Of a DNA stretch of 64,000 nt, positions 21,847 to 34,513 are shown piece after piece. The notes beneath the pieces are model-generated. The model saw only the letters and a list, made by a program, of their open reading frames with translations, was not told the origin of the DNA and searched no databases. Made by a program: the position numbers and the translations under genes. Source of the stretch: Macrostomum lignano. Lineage: Eukaryota. The stretch's first letter is position 1. Each line of letters starts with the position of its first letter. The stretch is from assembly GCA_002269645.1 (NCBI GenBank), contig NIVC01000503.1, positions 1 to 64,000 of the forward strand. Direction: 5' to 3'.

Positions 21847-23924
21847 TCGTCGGTTTTTTAACTTTTTAAGGGAAAAAATGAAGGTCAAAAGAAAAACTTA
21901 CTGTGATTTTAGAGTTTTCAGTGGTTTTAAGGATGCTCTGTTGTTTGTTTTCTTGGATACAACGTTTATTATATCAAATGCACGTAGGTAGCTCGTAGTT
22001 AGACACTACTTATTTTTTCCACCCATTAAAAGTGCTGAGCTGGGATAAAGTAGCTCGACGGTGACCTGTTTGAGTTTCTTGTCGGACTGATGATCTGTGG
22101 GTTCGGTTTTGAACAATGGCTACATTTACTACGATTCTAAATCCAGGGGCTAGCTTGTGGTGGGATTTCTGCCCATCAGGTCCATGAAGGACTACTCTCT
22201 AGGCACAGAGTAGCTACTTATCTCAATAATTCATGCAAATAAGGTTTTTTGTATCTCTAACTTGTATTTCTAAATCAATTACTTTTTTGTTTTACCGTTT
22301 CACTGTGTCAAAATTCAATGCCTAATATTGTACGTATAATCGCATATACGAGCCTATTTTAAAGATAAGTCACGTCCTGAATATTGTTTAGATTAATAAC
22401 TTTAGTTTTTTGACGTTCTGTGAATAGCTAGTACTATTTGATATTTTCTGTATGAATTAATTTAATCAATTTTCTATTTAAGTTCCAAATATACTGGACC
22501 GATTTCTTTTTTTTAAGTAGGGCAACTCTTTTCTGAAATATAGCTCATACATGTAGTTGGACTAAATTTTTTCCTGAAGTATCTTGTAATCAGTTGGTGC
22601 AATCCCTAATTAGACAGCTAATATTCAGTTACAGACTTCGAATATTATTTCTTTTAATTCTACTAATGCAGAGGCAAAACTATTTATCTGTTGTTCTTCT
22701 TAAGTGTTGCCTCAACTAGATAACCTTTATTCCGCCATGCGAAAAGCTACAAAAATGTATGTTTTTTTTAATCAATTAAACTAATATCCGTTAACACCTG
22801 GAAATCGATCGCTTATTCTTCTGTCAATTAATAGTTTGTAATAATAAACCACATTCTGACGCTTGATCAGACGGTAGGTAGTATAGGTGGTCCAGACAAA
22901 CTGACTGAAGATTTACTGACTTTGCTTTAACTTTGACTTTAAAGCTGTTAAATAGAAAATATATTGAAATTATTGAGTACGTACATTTATATGGGATACC
23001 TCTATAGTATATATAACTATAGCTTGTAAATAAAAGCGTGAATTTACAGAACCCAAAACCATAGCAGCTTGAAATTGAATTAGGCTTACGCTCCAACGAA
23101 TGATGTAATAAAGACACATCTATTGATATATACCTGGCGTACTTAACTTGTCGCTAAGTTTACAGAAAATCTTTCTAACCTTATAAAAAACTTATAATAC
23201 CCTTCCTTGTATTTATCTATTCTTTTGCTTTAGGCTTTTCCAGATCGAGTCAGCTCAGCTAGTTTTTACCTTTCATATGCTAGGCCAGGAAAAATTACCT
23301 CAACTTTTTGGCGACAAAGCCTTGTGTCGATTAAATATTCATGATCAACACTGGGTAAATTTGTTAATTCCACAGCTTGTTCCACTCTAAAACTGGCTAT
23401 TCTGCTTTGCGCCAATCTTGCTTGAAGTAGACAGTTGAGTTGGGCCATCAAGCTGCAGGGATGCTTTGCAGTAAAGAGAGAAAGATAGGAGGTTGATAGA
23501 AAAAACTCAAACTTAATGGTTATGGAAGAGCGACGTAGACATCACGTGGTATCGGTAAGCAACCTTTCAATGTACGACTGCATGAGGTGAAAATTTACGA
23601 AAAACTCAACTAATGATAAATAATAGAAGTACACAAGCGCAAACAGGTGCTATGAGTAGTGTACGTTGCATCATATCGAAATAGCAAAAAATCTGCTGCA
23701 TCATTGAATTCTGTTACATCATAGTTGTCAAAAGTAAGAAAGTCAGACAAGATCGCTTTGATATGGTATTACACAACAGTATCAATTACTTTGATAGGTG
23801 TTATGACTATGAAATATGAGAAAGTCTTCATTGTTTAATATTCAACACAATAATTTAAACTTGCTAAATGTTCTCATAGTTAACTTGACTGTCATCAGAC
23901 AAATCCTAAAAGGTGACCCAAAGT

Positions 23925-25215
23925 CGCTTCTGTACAAGAGTAGCGGCTCCGGAAGAACAGCTGCCAAGCTGATGACAGTTTCTCAGTTAATGCTTCGAGC
24001 TGAGTTTACAAGAGTCGGTTGAAACTTCCAGGAACAGATCGGAACATTGTCAACTAGCTAATAACCAGCTGGTGCTGCCGGCTGCTACCAAATCGAGCTC
24101 GCTGTTGTGTCGACACTTTTTTTATTAAAACGAGCTCAGCGATAGGGGAGACGTGATAGCCGGTAAAGTCAGCCTGACAGCCAGAACTCAGCTCTCTATT
24201 GTCGTCGGTCTCTTTGTGTACCGGACATTGGGCACTGAGCTAAAGGCCGCCAGAATCATGGCTGATTCTTTCAAGATTTCATATAGCTTTTGGACTTGCA
24301 GAACTGTTTTGTGGACTTGCTTTTGCCCATAGACATTTCCTGCCTCTGCCTGCTGCTTTATCCTGGCAATCCTGGCATCCATTTGCAAGAGCCAGGTGTC
24401 TCAACGACAATCTTAATTAGTTTTTAGGCTTTTGTTTTCCTTTGTTTTTTTCTCCTTCCATCCTCTCCGTTTGTCTTCTTTCACTTCCTTTTTCTTTTCC
24501 TCTTCGTAGCTATAGGGGCACCATTAGTGCTGTTGGTCTTTGACCACTCTGATAGTGAGTTTCATATAATAAAAAAAGAATAATATTACATAATCCGCTA
24601 TTGGCTGCCATCGGCGTCGGTGGTGCATCTTCCGGACAGAATGATAGACGTTGAGTTTAGTAGTTCTAGCTGTACTGAGGCTGTACTGAAAATACATGAG
24701 ACATTTATATTCCAATCATGCAAATTTCAAGACTGCAAGGCAAAGCAGACACAATTGCGGCCTGCATGAACTCCTCCCATACCTCTGATGTGAGTCCCTT
24801 AAATCAACTTTACTAAAACGGAACCTTAGATGCAGGACAGGTTCGAGAGTGACCGTCTGATTGGTTGAGTTTTTATTTTGCAGCCTACATAATAGGACTT
24901 ATAAAATATTCCAGCCGATAAGGACTGACATTGGAGGTGCCAACAGTCAGCCTACACAACTTTGGTTGCAGCAGCAACCCGAGCACCGAGCACGGAGGCA
25001 GAGGCGGCAGTCGCACTGACGGTTGGATCGGCGGCGGCGGTGGAAGAGCCGGCTCGGTGCCACCAGCGACTTCCGGCTGGGCAACGGTCGGAGCCGATGG
25101 AGGCTTCTGCAGAGGAAGCGGCTGTGTGGTCACCATGGGCGGCAACACGGGCAGCAAAAGCGGCTTTGTACTGTTGCAAATGAAAACAACAATTGTGGTT
25201 GCGCTTAAAAACTGA
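23925..25215 (+). pseudogene. Degenerate fourth paralog of the PAN/glycine-rich family
   Basis: Remnants of exon 2 (~23925-23985), exon 3 (24068-24245: CCAGCTGGTG..GCCGGCTGCTACCAAATCGAGCTCGCTG, ATTGTCGTCGG, GTGTACCGGACA) and exon 5 (24925-25215: GGRGGSRTDGWIGG...GGNTGSKSGFVLLQM), with deletions and frameshifts. Confidence 0.75.
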
Positions 25216-26316
25216 GAAGATTTTATTCACGGGGTAAACCGTGATCGGCTTTCACCAATCAAGATTAGCGGTCTTGCTACCAGACAGACTTTCTTATACA
25301 TGTATAGCTCTAATTAATGGGATTAAAAGGTTGCTTATACTCTATAGTGGCTCCACCTGTGTAAGTGTATTGTTGCTAAATTATCACACTATTGTAATAA
25401 ACATTCCAATAAAAACACTACTAGTCGGAACGAGCACTGAATTACGGTTTAAACAGAAAGGGTCTTGTGAAGAGTGATTGGGAAACATCGATATCAAATA
25501 CTCCCCAAGGAGTCTGGTTGCAGATATCCATCTTATCTACGAACCTATTATAACAAACTAATGAATATATGCTAACAAACTTACGTGGGAATTTACGTAT
25601 GGTACAATTTTTTAATCGAACTCAAGAACAACAAGTGCGCATATGAACAAATTGAAATGGTTCGAAAAATCGCTCAAGCATTCTTCCTTGTTTATCATCA
25701 TTTGTTATAATATGTTTTAATTTGTTTGATTTTGCTTGTTAGACTTGTTAGAATTTGTTGTAAGATATTCTACGAGCGCACATAATTTTATTAAAAAATA
25801 CCTACTACCAAAAGCTTACAACTTTCGCGGTAACAAGTAAAGAAATTCAACGGCCCGTATTTTGTCTGCTAACTTGCATTTAGGATACTTTTTTCCGACT
25901 AACTACTTAAAGTAGTTTTAGTAGCAAAACTATTCATTTTTTATATTACAGCAATACTTCAAAAAACAATTTTACAAACTATGTATTTTTGCTATAACCG
26001 TAAGATTTGAAATACTTCGTAAAGTACACCGTAAACGCCGCGATTATTCGCAGCAAAGATAATTTATTTCATAAAAAAATGATAGTTACTCAATACTTGA
26101 TTTCTTAATTGTTTTACAAGCTAATCGCTATTGGAGCAGTTCTTGTTTTGTATTTTTATTGTTTTTCTTCTAGTACACCATAAAACAGTAATTGAATCGT
26201 GACAAAGCTCGTAAAATTGTTTTTTAACAGTTTGAAATAAAGCTTGCTAGGTAGGAAATACCCTGTGAGAACGGAGAAATCTTTGTCAAACTTTTGATAT
26301 CAATCAATTAGAAGCA

Positions 26317-27637
26317 TCATTCATCCTGCGATTGATTCATCCATTCGAGAAATTCTCGATAATTGATTCTACCGTCGTAATCCTTGTCGCTGTTGGCGAA
26401 GAACTTGTCCACATCTGCGGCACCAAACATTGAGCCGGCGCCCATCTCCTGGATGGCCTGCAAAGAGGAGGTACGGCTCGTAACAGGCAGGTAACTGGCG
26501 ATGAGCAGCCATTTCATCATTGACCAGGTGAGTTACTGGGAATACATCATCCCTGACCAAGTGAGTTACTGGAACTACATCATCCCTGACCAGGTGAGTT
26601 ACTGGGACTACATCATCCCTGACCAGGTGAGTCACTGGGACTTCATCATCCCTGACCAGATGAGTCACTGGAACTACATCATCCCTGACCAGGTGAGTCA
26701 CTGGGAATACATCATCCCTGACCAGGTGAGTCACTGGGACTACATCATCCCTGACCAGGTGAGTCACTGGGACTTCATCATCCCTGACCAGGTGAGTCAC
26801 TGGGACTTCATCATCCCTGACCAGGTGAGTCACTGGGACTTCATCGTCCTTGACCAGGTGAGTCACCGCATTCGTGTCACCCTGACCAGCTGAGCCAAAA
26901 CTAATCTACAGCAGGAGCATTAGCAAAAGCTGATCAGACCTGCAGCAGCTCCTGCTTGGTGATGAAACCGTTTCCATCTTTGTCGATCTTTTCAAACAGA
27001 TGCCTCCATTGGCTGTAGCGGAACACAATGGCTCTGAAGTTCGCGAAGGCAGATTAAAGGTCATTTTAAAGGACAACTAAATGCACTTGAAAAAATTTCA
27101 TGGAATAAAATATCATAAAAGTATTCCGTATAGCTGAAATTACATTTGATCATCAAAAAATATTTATAAATCAAGCTACTCACTGCCTTTGAGCTCGAGG
27201 AATCTCATTCAAAGTTTTTTGATACTCATCCAGCGTGATTTTGCCGTCGCGATTGCGATCAAACAGACGAAGATATTTCTAAATTTATAGTTAAAAAATT
27301 AGTAAGAGTGAGTTGTGAGATAACAATATTAATGCAGAAAATGATAGAAAATCTGTCAGATTTTGCGAGATTAAGAAGCTTAATCTTCTTCTCAATAAGA
27401 CCCCTTAAAATCGTTTCCCAAGTACTCGTATATAATTAATTCTTTTAATCCTAGCAGTGTTCAATTCGTCATGGAAATTTTTCGGGGTCCTTCACAAAAA
27501 TTTCTCATTACCTGCACAAATAGTTCGTTGTGCTGTCGCTTGTATAGGTACTCTCTCAGCTCATCAGCTGTGATAACACCGGCGCCTTTCTTGTCGATCA
27601 TCCTGAACGCTTTGAGTAGTTCCTCCTCGGTTGTCAT
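26317..27637 (-). CDS. Calmodulin-like 4-EF-hand calcium-binding protein (144 aa, 4 exons); resembles the flatworm 16-kDa/SME16 type
   Basis: Exons 27637-27512, 27278-27184, 27012-26940, 26457-26317 (435 nt, phases consistent). Loops DKKGAGVITADE, DRNRDGKITLDE, DKDGNGFITKQE, DKDYDGRINYRE. In-frame TGA shortly upstream of the ATG. Confidence 0.85.
26518..26890. repeat. 33-bp intronic minisatellite, 11 units
   Basis: Unit GACCAGGTGAGTCACTGGGACTTCATCATCCCT within intron 26458-26939 of the EF-hand gene. Confidence 0.95.
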
Positions 27638-28723
27638 GCTCAGCCGCTTCGGACTATGTCAAATGTCACGCTAGTATCCAATGGATGAAAATAAGCTACA
27701 TCTTTATGATGGGGCGGAGCGCAAGCGGCTTTTATGGCTCTGGGATGGGTTGGTGTGCTTAGAGAGGGAAGGAAACTGGGAGTTACAGAAAGCGGAGAGG
27801 ACTGTGGTTGGGACGAGGAGGATGAGGGAACAGAACCACCTGAGGCCGTGAGTACGTTCTAGTGGGATAACCCTTTGCGACGAGTCTACTTCAACTCGTA
27901 CTTGTTTTGCTGTGACGATTTATCGTAAGAGGAAGTCATGAGTTGAGAATCACAGAAGAGATTTTCGGTCCCTTTTGCAGCCTTTTTGCTTGATAAGTCA
28001 CGCCATGCAATTGCATGCATACAGTCAGGTTAGGGCCAGGATACTATCAAATTATTTTAATTGAGGCTTTCTAATCGATTGGCGCTCTTTAGCCCCATGC
28101 AAAGATGGTTTAATGAGGGCTTTTTAGTCATCTGGCAATCGCCAATCATCAAAACACGTTCTTTTCTCCTTTGTCTGCTCAAAGATGCACAGATAATGGC
28201 ACGCAATATGCAAATTGTTGCTACAAAAAACAATTGCAGGCCTTTTGCTTTTAGATTTTTTCATACAAGTATATTTTCGTTTGTCGAACGTCTGTTTTTT
28301 TGTTTGAAAAATCGCATAAACTAACAAAAACCATTTTTGATCGGTATTCAGTATTTTTTATTCAAACAGTTTAATTGCTCGATAAAATGTATTTATTCGG
28401 CTAACGGCTATATACTGTACACAATTAGTCAATTATGAATATCTATTCTAGCTCTGTTACGACGTAAATTTGATGTCAGCAAGCATTTCGTACAGGTATC
28501 ACAGAAAAAAATCGAAATAGATAAACAAAAATATAATAAATCTAACTTCCTACGGGGCTTACTGTAGCTACGGATTAACATTTTCTAGGAATTTTAAACA
28601 AAAATTTGAAACGAGATGGAACAGAATTTTACGCAATAATTGCTGTAGTAAGAGTACAGTGAGTAAGGTAAGAGGAGTGAGATTCGCTAATAGGCAACCG
28701 TGTCAATCAATTTGAATACCTGT

Positions 28724-29117
28724 GGGGTAGCGAGCTGTAGGGTAGGGTGCTGTAGGGTAGGGTGCTGTAGGGTAGGAGGGTGCTGTAGGGTAGGGTGCTG
28801 TAGGGTAGGGTGCTGTAGGATAGTGTGCTGTAGGGTAGGGTGCTGTAGGGTAGGAGGGTGCTGTAGGGTAGGAGGGTGCTGTAGGGTAGGGTGCTGTAGG
28901 GTAGGGTGCTGTAGGGTAGGGTGCTGTAGGGTAGGGTGCTGTAGGGTGGCGTGCTTAGAGTAGAGTGCTGTAGGGTAGGGTTGCTGTAGCGTAGGGTGCT
29001 GTAGGGTAGGGTGCTGTAGGGTAGGGTGCTGTAGGGTAGGGTGCTGTAGGGTAGGGTGCTGTAGGGTAGGGTGCTGTAGGATATGATGCTGTAGGCTGCT
29101 GTGCGGTAGGGTGCTGT
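28724..29117. repeat. G-rich 15/18-bp minisatellite (GTGCTGTAGGGTAGG)n, ~25 units
   Basis: Directly visible tandem array, with occasional extra AGG. Confidence 0.95.
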
Positions 29118-29343
29118 GATTTTTTCAGCTATTCATAGTTCATTTTAATTTACTGGTAATGTATTTAGGCTGAATATAGATTTTCTGAAAAATACATGTA
29201 ACTCTAATTAAAGTTGATTATCATACTTGTAGCAATGTAAAATTTGACGCAATGATTCGTCAAAAATTAAATAAATGATGGCGCCAACGCATGCCAACAA
29301 CGGGCAGAAAAGCCACTTGATTACAGATTCCGACTTGCTACTG

Positions 29344-31102
29344 CTAATAATCTGCTGGACGCCGCATGCCCATATAGTGATGCTGCTTCGGCTGTGGCTG
29401 CGGCTGCGGCGGCTGCTGGCGGTACAGTTGCATGCGACTGTGGGGCAGCACAGGCTGGAACGCGTGACCTTGGCCAAATTGACCACCATTGTCATCCATG
29501 AAGCCTCTTTGGTTGCGTCTGAAATTATTTTTTAATGAACCTTTACATAGTCAATGTACATCTGGCTATGTGCGAGATAATGGATGTCTTGGGAAGAACT
29601 TATTCCATAGCTCAATTTGGCCAGGGTTCATGACGAATTTTAGTATGATTAGATTTGGCTGCATTTCTGGGCGTGGCTTTTCCAGTGTGATTTTCAAACA
29701 TTAACTCAGGATTAGTACTCCAATTACTAGTCGCAGAGAGTGGCATTTCGAGTTTTGGGACGCAGCTTCAAAAACGTTTTTAATTACTGCGTTTTAAAAT
29801 CACTCACCGACCCTCATAGGGCAGCCCGGCTCCTCCCTGGTCCTTCACGGCACGAATTCCCTCGGCCTCGTGTTTGAGCAGTCGCATTCGCTCGTCCCAC
29901 AGGCGGTCAATTTCCATGCGCAGCGTTTCAATACGACTGTCGCGCTCCTCAATTTCGTGTCGCATCCTGCGTCCCGAGTAGGCGCCGCCGTTGCCTCGGG
30001 GATAGGAACCCTGGCCATCGTCGAGACCTGCTTCCATTTCGTTCTGATCGTCAAAGTAGCCGCCAGGCCGCTTCTCCATGAGGTTTCGCGGCCCCGTGTA
30101 GTCCTCGCTGTCGTACCAAGGCCGTCGCGTCGTAGCCAAATCGCGACGCTTCCGCGCCGAAGAATCAACTGCGTCGAGGCTGCGAGTCAGTTCAAACGGC
30201 GTGAGGTCGTAATCCGGCGGTGGATATTCATCATAGCCGCTCTGCCGGGGGCAGGTTTTTTGGGATGCAACAAGTGTTCGTTAAATGTTTACAAGCATTC
30301 TAAAGATTCTTAAATTCTGCTTTGTTAGCTTTGACAATTCGGTGAGGGAGAACTACTTTTAGATTAATCTTCTACTCGTAGATTTATTCTATTTTACATT
30401 GTGGCATCTGTGTGCGTCCAGTGCAGTCACTATATTTAGACTACATAAGCTGCTTTACCTTCGCACGGATTAAAAGAGACATATAAACCTTCAGCGTATG
30501 ACAGAACCCCCGAGATTAATGAAGTAGCTAATCTTCTTGTTGTTCCGTCTATTTTTTCTGTGCTTCAAAAATACTCCAGAAGCTTCTCAAACCTGTTGCA
30601 GATGTTGCTGATGTCTCCGTTGTTGCTGCTGTTGCTGCGGTGGTTGTCCGAAGCCGCGATTTCTGCCGCCTCCGCCACCGCCGGCTTCTTCAAAGAACAC
30701 GTCGTCGCTTAGCTGCGATTGAGTGTCGAATGTTACCAAAGCATTGCTGTTGTGGTGGTGGCGATGGTGTTGTTGATGGTTGTTACCAGGCATCGATGGC
30801 GCGCCGTTTGTCTGCGGATGACGCAGATGCAGCTGCTGAGGAAGCTGGGAATGATGAAGCGAGGAAGGCGCTTGCTGCTGATGGTAAACTGACTCAGCCG
30901 CGGCCGCCTGCCTCTCGCGCAGCCAGGTGGGCTCGGGCATGGCGGCCCTAGTCGGGGTCAGTCTGCGCTGGGCCGGTGGCAGCGACCTCCACGGATGCCG
31001 GTCGGCCACGTGCGTGCGCAGGCCGATCTCGGTGACAAAGTAACGCTTGGGAGCGCAGATTGGGCACTCGAACACCTCCATTCTGGCACTGGAGTCTGCC
31101 AT
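29344..31102 (-). CDS. C2H2 zinc-finger, Q/H-rich, coiled-coil protein (372 aa, 3 exons)
   Basis: Exons 31102-30593, 30241-29808, 29518-29344; GT-AG, phases consistent, 1119 nt. CPICAPKRYFVTEIGLRTHVADRH finger; coiled coil RHEIEERDSRIETLRMEIDRLWDERMRLLKHE. Confidence 0.7.
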
Positions 31103-31279
31103 TCAGTTCGACTGGAGGAAGGTTTTTCAACGCGCAATATAGTACACCCGGTTATTTAGACTTGAAACTTTCAATAAAGGCCGAGCAAATTATAATCCCA
31201 GGTAATGTCAGCTCTTTATATACTTATAGAGAAACTACGAGTAAAATACGAATTTCGATCTTTGTGTCCTGTCCTTTCA

Positions 31280-31784
<505 letters not shown>

Positions 31785-33480
31785 CTCTGTGTTAGTGTAT
31801 GTGTGTTTGCGTAGACTCTCCGTCGGTTTAAAAGCCTCGTTAGCGGGACCTTTCGATTACATGGACCCTTTAAGTGGACCACTTTAAATTTCCTCGATGG
31901 GAAGTACAGAGAGGGTTTATCTTGACTGACTGCATAGTCTGAAAGGCAGCCATTACTGTGGCCAAAGTCCCTCTACTTAAAGTAGTTTAGATTTTAAGTA
32001 TTGAGTATTTTAGTTTACAAGGACCTTTAACACAGTCCACCCAAACCACATCGCTGAGGTCCACCTAACCCGAAAACAGACAAATTTCACACATACATAG
32101 TGTATGTTTTGTTTGTATGAAAACTTATTTTTTATGATATAGCTCTTTAAAATGCGTGTTTAAGCACATTGTGGCATTTTTGAGTTGCAGAAGCAAGCTT
32201 ACTAAACAGGCCGAAGTGATTGGAATGTAAAATAGCTCGTAAAATTGAAGTTTCTGCTACAAACGAAGCTCCGATGTAGCCCATAATGACTAAAAATTCA
32301 CGAGATGGTTTTATTTATTACTTGTGGTTTCTGAAACAAAACTGTTCACTAATAGTCCTGTCGCTATCATACTTGGAATAAATGCTTCATCAAGTGTTGA
32401 TTTTAGAGAACCTAGATTGAAGGCTATGCATGACTACATAATTTCTCATGCTGCATTTGCAGCATTGCTTAATTTAAGGAGACATAAAGACAAGAAGAGC
32501 CTTGCTTACAGCACGAACTCCTAAAATAGTTTGTGTGCTTTATATTCAAACGTTTACAGCTTCGGCAACCGATAGGATAGGGCTGGATAATGAAACTTAA
32601 AAGCCGAACCATCCTGACTGAGGTCCAAGCAAACCCCAAAGCTCATCAGCCAATCCTGTGCTTAAACGGACAGTCAAGAATGGGGTGGTTTAACTTTCAT
32701 TCCTTACTGTCCGTCCGTTTGAACGTTGGTCATTTCCCTCTCTCCCTCCGAAGGGCTCTTATTGGTCTGTAGCTGGCTTATTCATCAAGGTCGAGGGTCT
32801 GAAATAGAGGGTCAACGTAAACATCTTCCTAATCACAAAAACAGACACCAATTCCCAACCTCAAACAAGACTTTAACTTGAATTAGTTGGCCTCACAAGT
32901 TGGTTCTGCCAACTGGTTGTCCTTAACACGCCAGCATGCAGAAAAAAAGCCCCAAGCTAGTAGGCGTTTCTACGTTGAAAGGATTATCAAGTGCACGAAA
33001 AGGAAGCTCTACATAAAGTGGAAAGGATATTCAAGGTGAGTTTCAAAAGACTTATTCACCACTGCACTCTATTTATTATATATACTAAGAGTTGTTTCCA
33101 TACGGCCATATCGGTTCGGCTAATAAACAGTGCTTTCATATTTTAGCAATCAAAAGTCTTGGGAGCCACGAAGCAACATACCAACAAGTGTGATTCAAAG
33201 TCTGCATTCATCTTGCGGTAAGAATTTTTAGTCATCACGTGTAATAATCTTATTAAATAATTGACCGTCTAACTTGTGTCAGATAAAAACTGACAATCTA
33301 ACTCTCTTTCAAAATCTACCAAACTCAAAACATTCCTGAAAAATGCTTCCCGCCGAACGAGCAGCAGAAAACGATGACGGTAGGAACTCCTGACTTAACT
33401 GTTACTTAGATGTATGCCACTTCATTCCGCAATCGAATCTTAAGGCACGATTTCATTCGAAAGCATTCCAATCTGAGAGG

Positions 33481-34434
33481 TGGGGTCCAGCTAAACCTTC
33501 ATTGAATGTCGTTCACATTGACTGTGGGTGCTTCAAGCACCGACTGCCAAACATACTTTCAGACATGGGGTCCAGCTAAACCCTCATTGATTGTCGTTCA
33601 CATTGAGTGTGGATGCTTCAAGCATCGACTGCCAAACATACTTTCAGACATGGGGTCCAGCTAAACCCTCATTGATTGTCGTTCACATTGAGTGTGGATG
33701 CTTCAAGCACCGACTGCCACATACTTTTAGACATGGGGTCCAGCTAAACCCTCATTGAATGTTTCACATTGACTGTGGGTGCTTCAAGCATCGACTGCCA
33801 AACATACTTTCAGACATGGGGTCCAGCTAAACCCTCATTGAATGTCGTTCACATTGACTGTGGGTGCTTCAAGCATCGACTGCCAAACATACTTTCAGAC
33901 ATGGGGTCCAGCTAAACCCTCATTGATTGTCGTTCACATTGAGTGTGGATGCTTCAAGCATCGACTGCCAAACATACTTTCAGACATGGGGTCCAGCTAA
34001 ACCCTCATTGAATGTTTCACATTGACTGTGGGTGCTTCAAGCATCGACTGCCAAACATACTTTCAGACATGGGGTCCAGCTAAACCCTCATTGATTGTCG
34101 TTCACATTGAGTGTGGATGCTTCAAGCATCGACTGCCAAACATACTTTCAGACATGGGGTCCAGCTAAACCCTCATTGAATGTCGTTCACATTGACTGTG
34201 GGTGCTTCAAGCATCGACTGCCAAACATACTTTCAGACATGGGGTCCAGCTAAACCCTCATTGAATGTCGTTCACATTGAGTGTGGATGCTTCAAGCACC
34301 GACTGCCAAACATACTTTCAGACATGGGGTCCAGCTAAACCCTCATTGAATGTCGTTCACATTGAGTATAGATGCTTCAAGCACCGACTGCCAAACATAC
34401 TTTCAGTCATGGGGTCCAGCTGAATCCTCATTGA
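33481..34434. repeat. 82-85-bp satellite array 1 (11 units plus a partial unit)
   Basis: Unit GGGGTCCAGCTAAACCCTCATTGA(A/T)TGTCGTTCACATTGA(C/G)TGTGG(G/A)TGCTTCAAGCATCGACTGCCAAACATACTTTCAGACAT. Confidence 0.95.
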
Positions 34435-34513
34435 GTCATAATATGTTTACATTGAGTATCAATGAGTACATATGAGTACATTGAGTAGTTCATCAAAATT
34501 AATCATTGTGCAG

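Larger units (their letters stand above)
12803..22820 (+). repeat. Segmental duplication, copy B (partner 190-7590), enlarged by transposon insertions
   Basis: Same anchors as copy A. Contains the Harbinger element and MITEs that are absent from A. Confidence 0.9.

Noticed and set aside
23266-23451. Possible minus-strand exon (MAQLNCLLQARLAQ...)
   Set aside because: Plausible splice sites but no recognisable motif or partner exons; unsupported.
26369-26893. ORFs made of the 33-bp repeat (VTHLVRDDEVP / DQVSHWDFIIP)
   Set aside because: They lie within an intron of the EF-hand gene, and a 33-nt stop-free unit keeps frames open by itself.
28700-28963. Cys-rich 'CCRVG' repeat ORF (metallothionein or keratin-associated-like)
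   Set aside because: It is simply a translation of the 15-bp minisatellite; there is no ATG start or unique coding flank.
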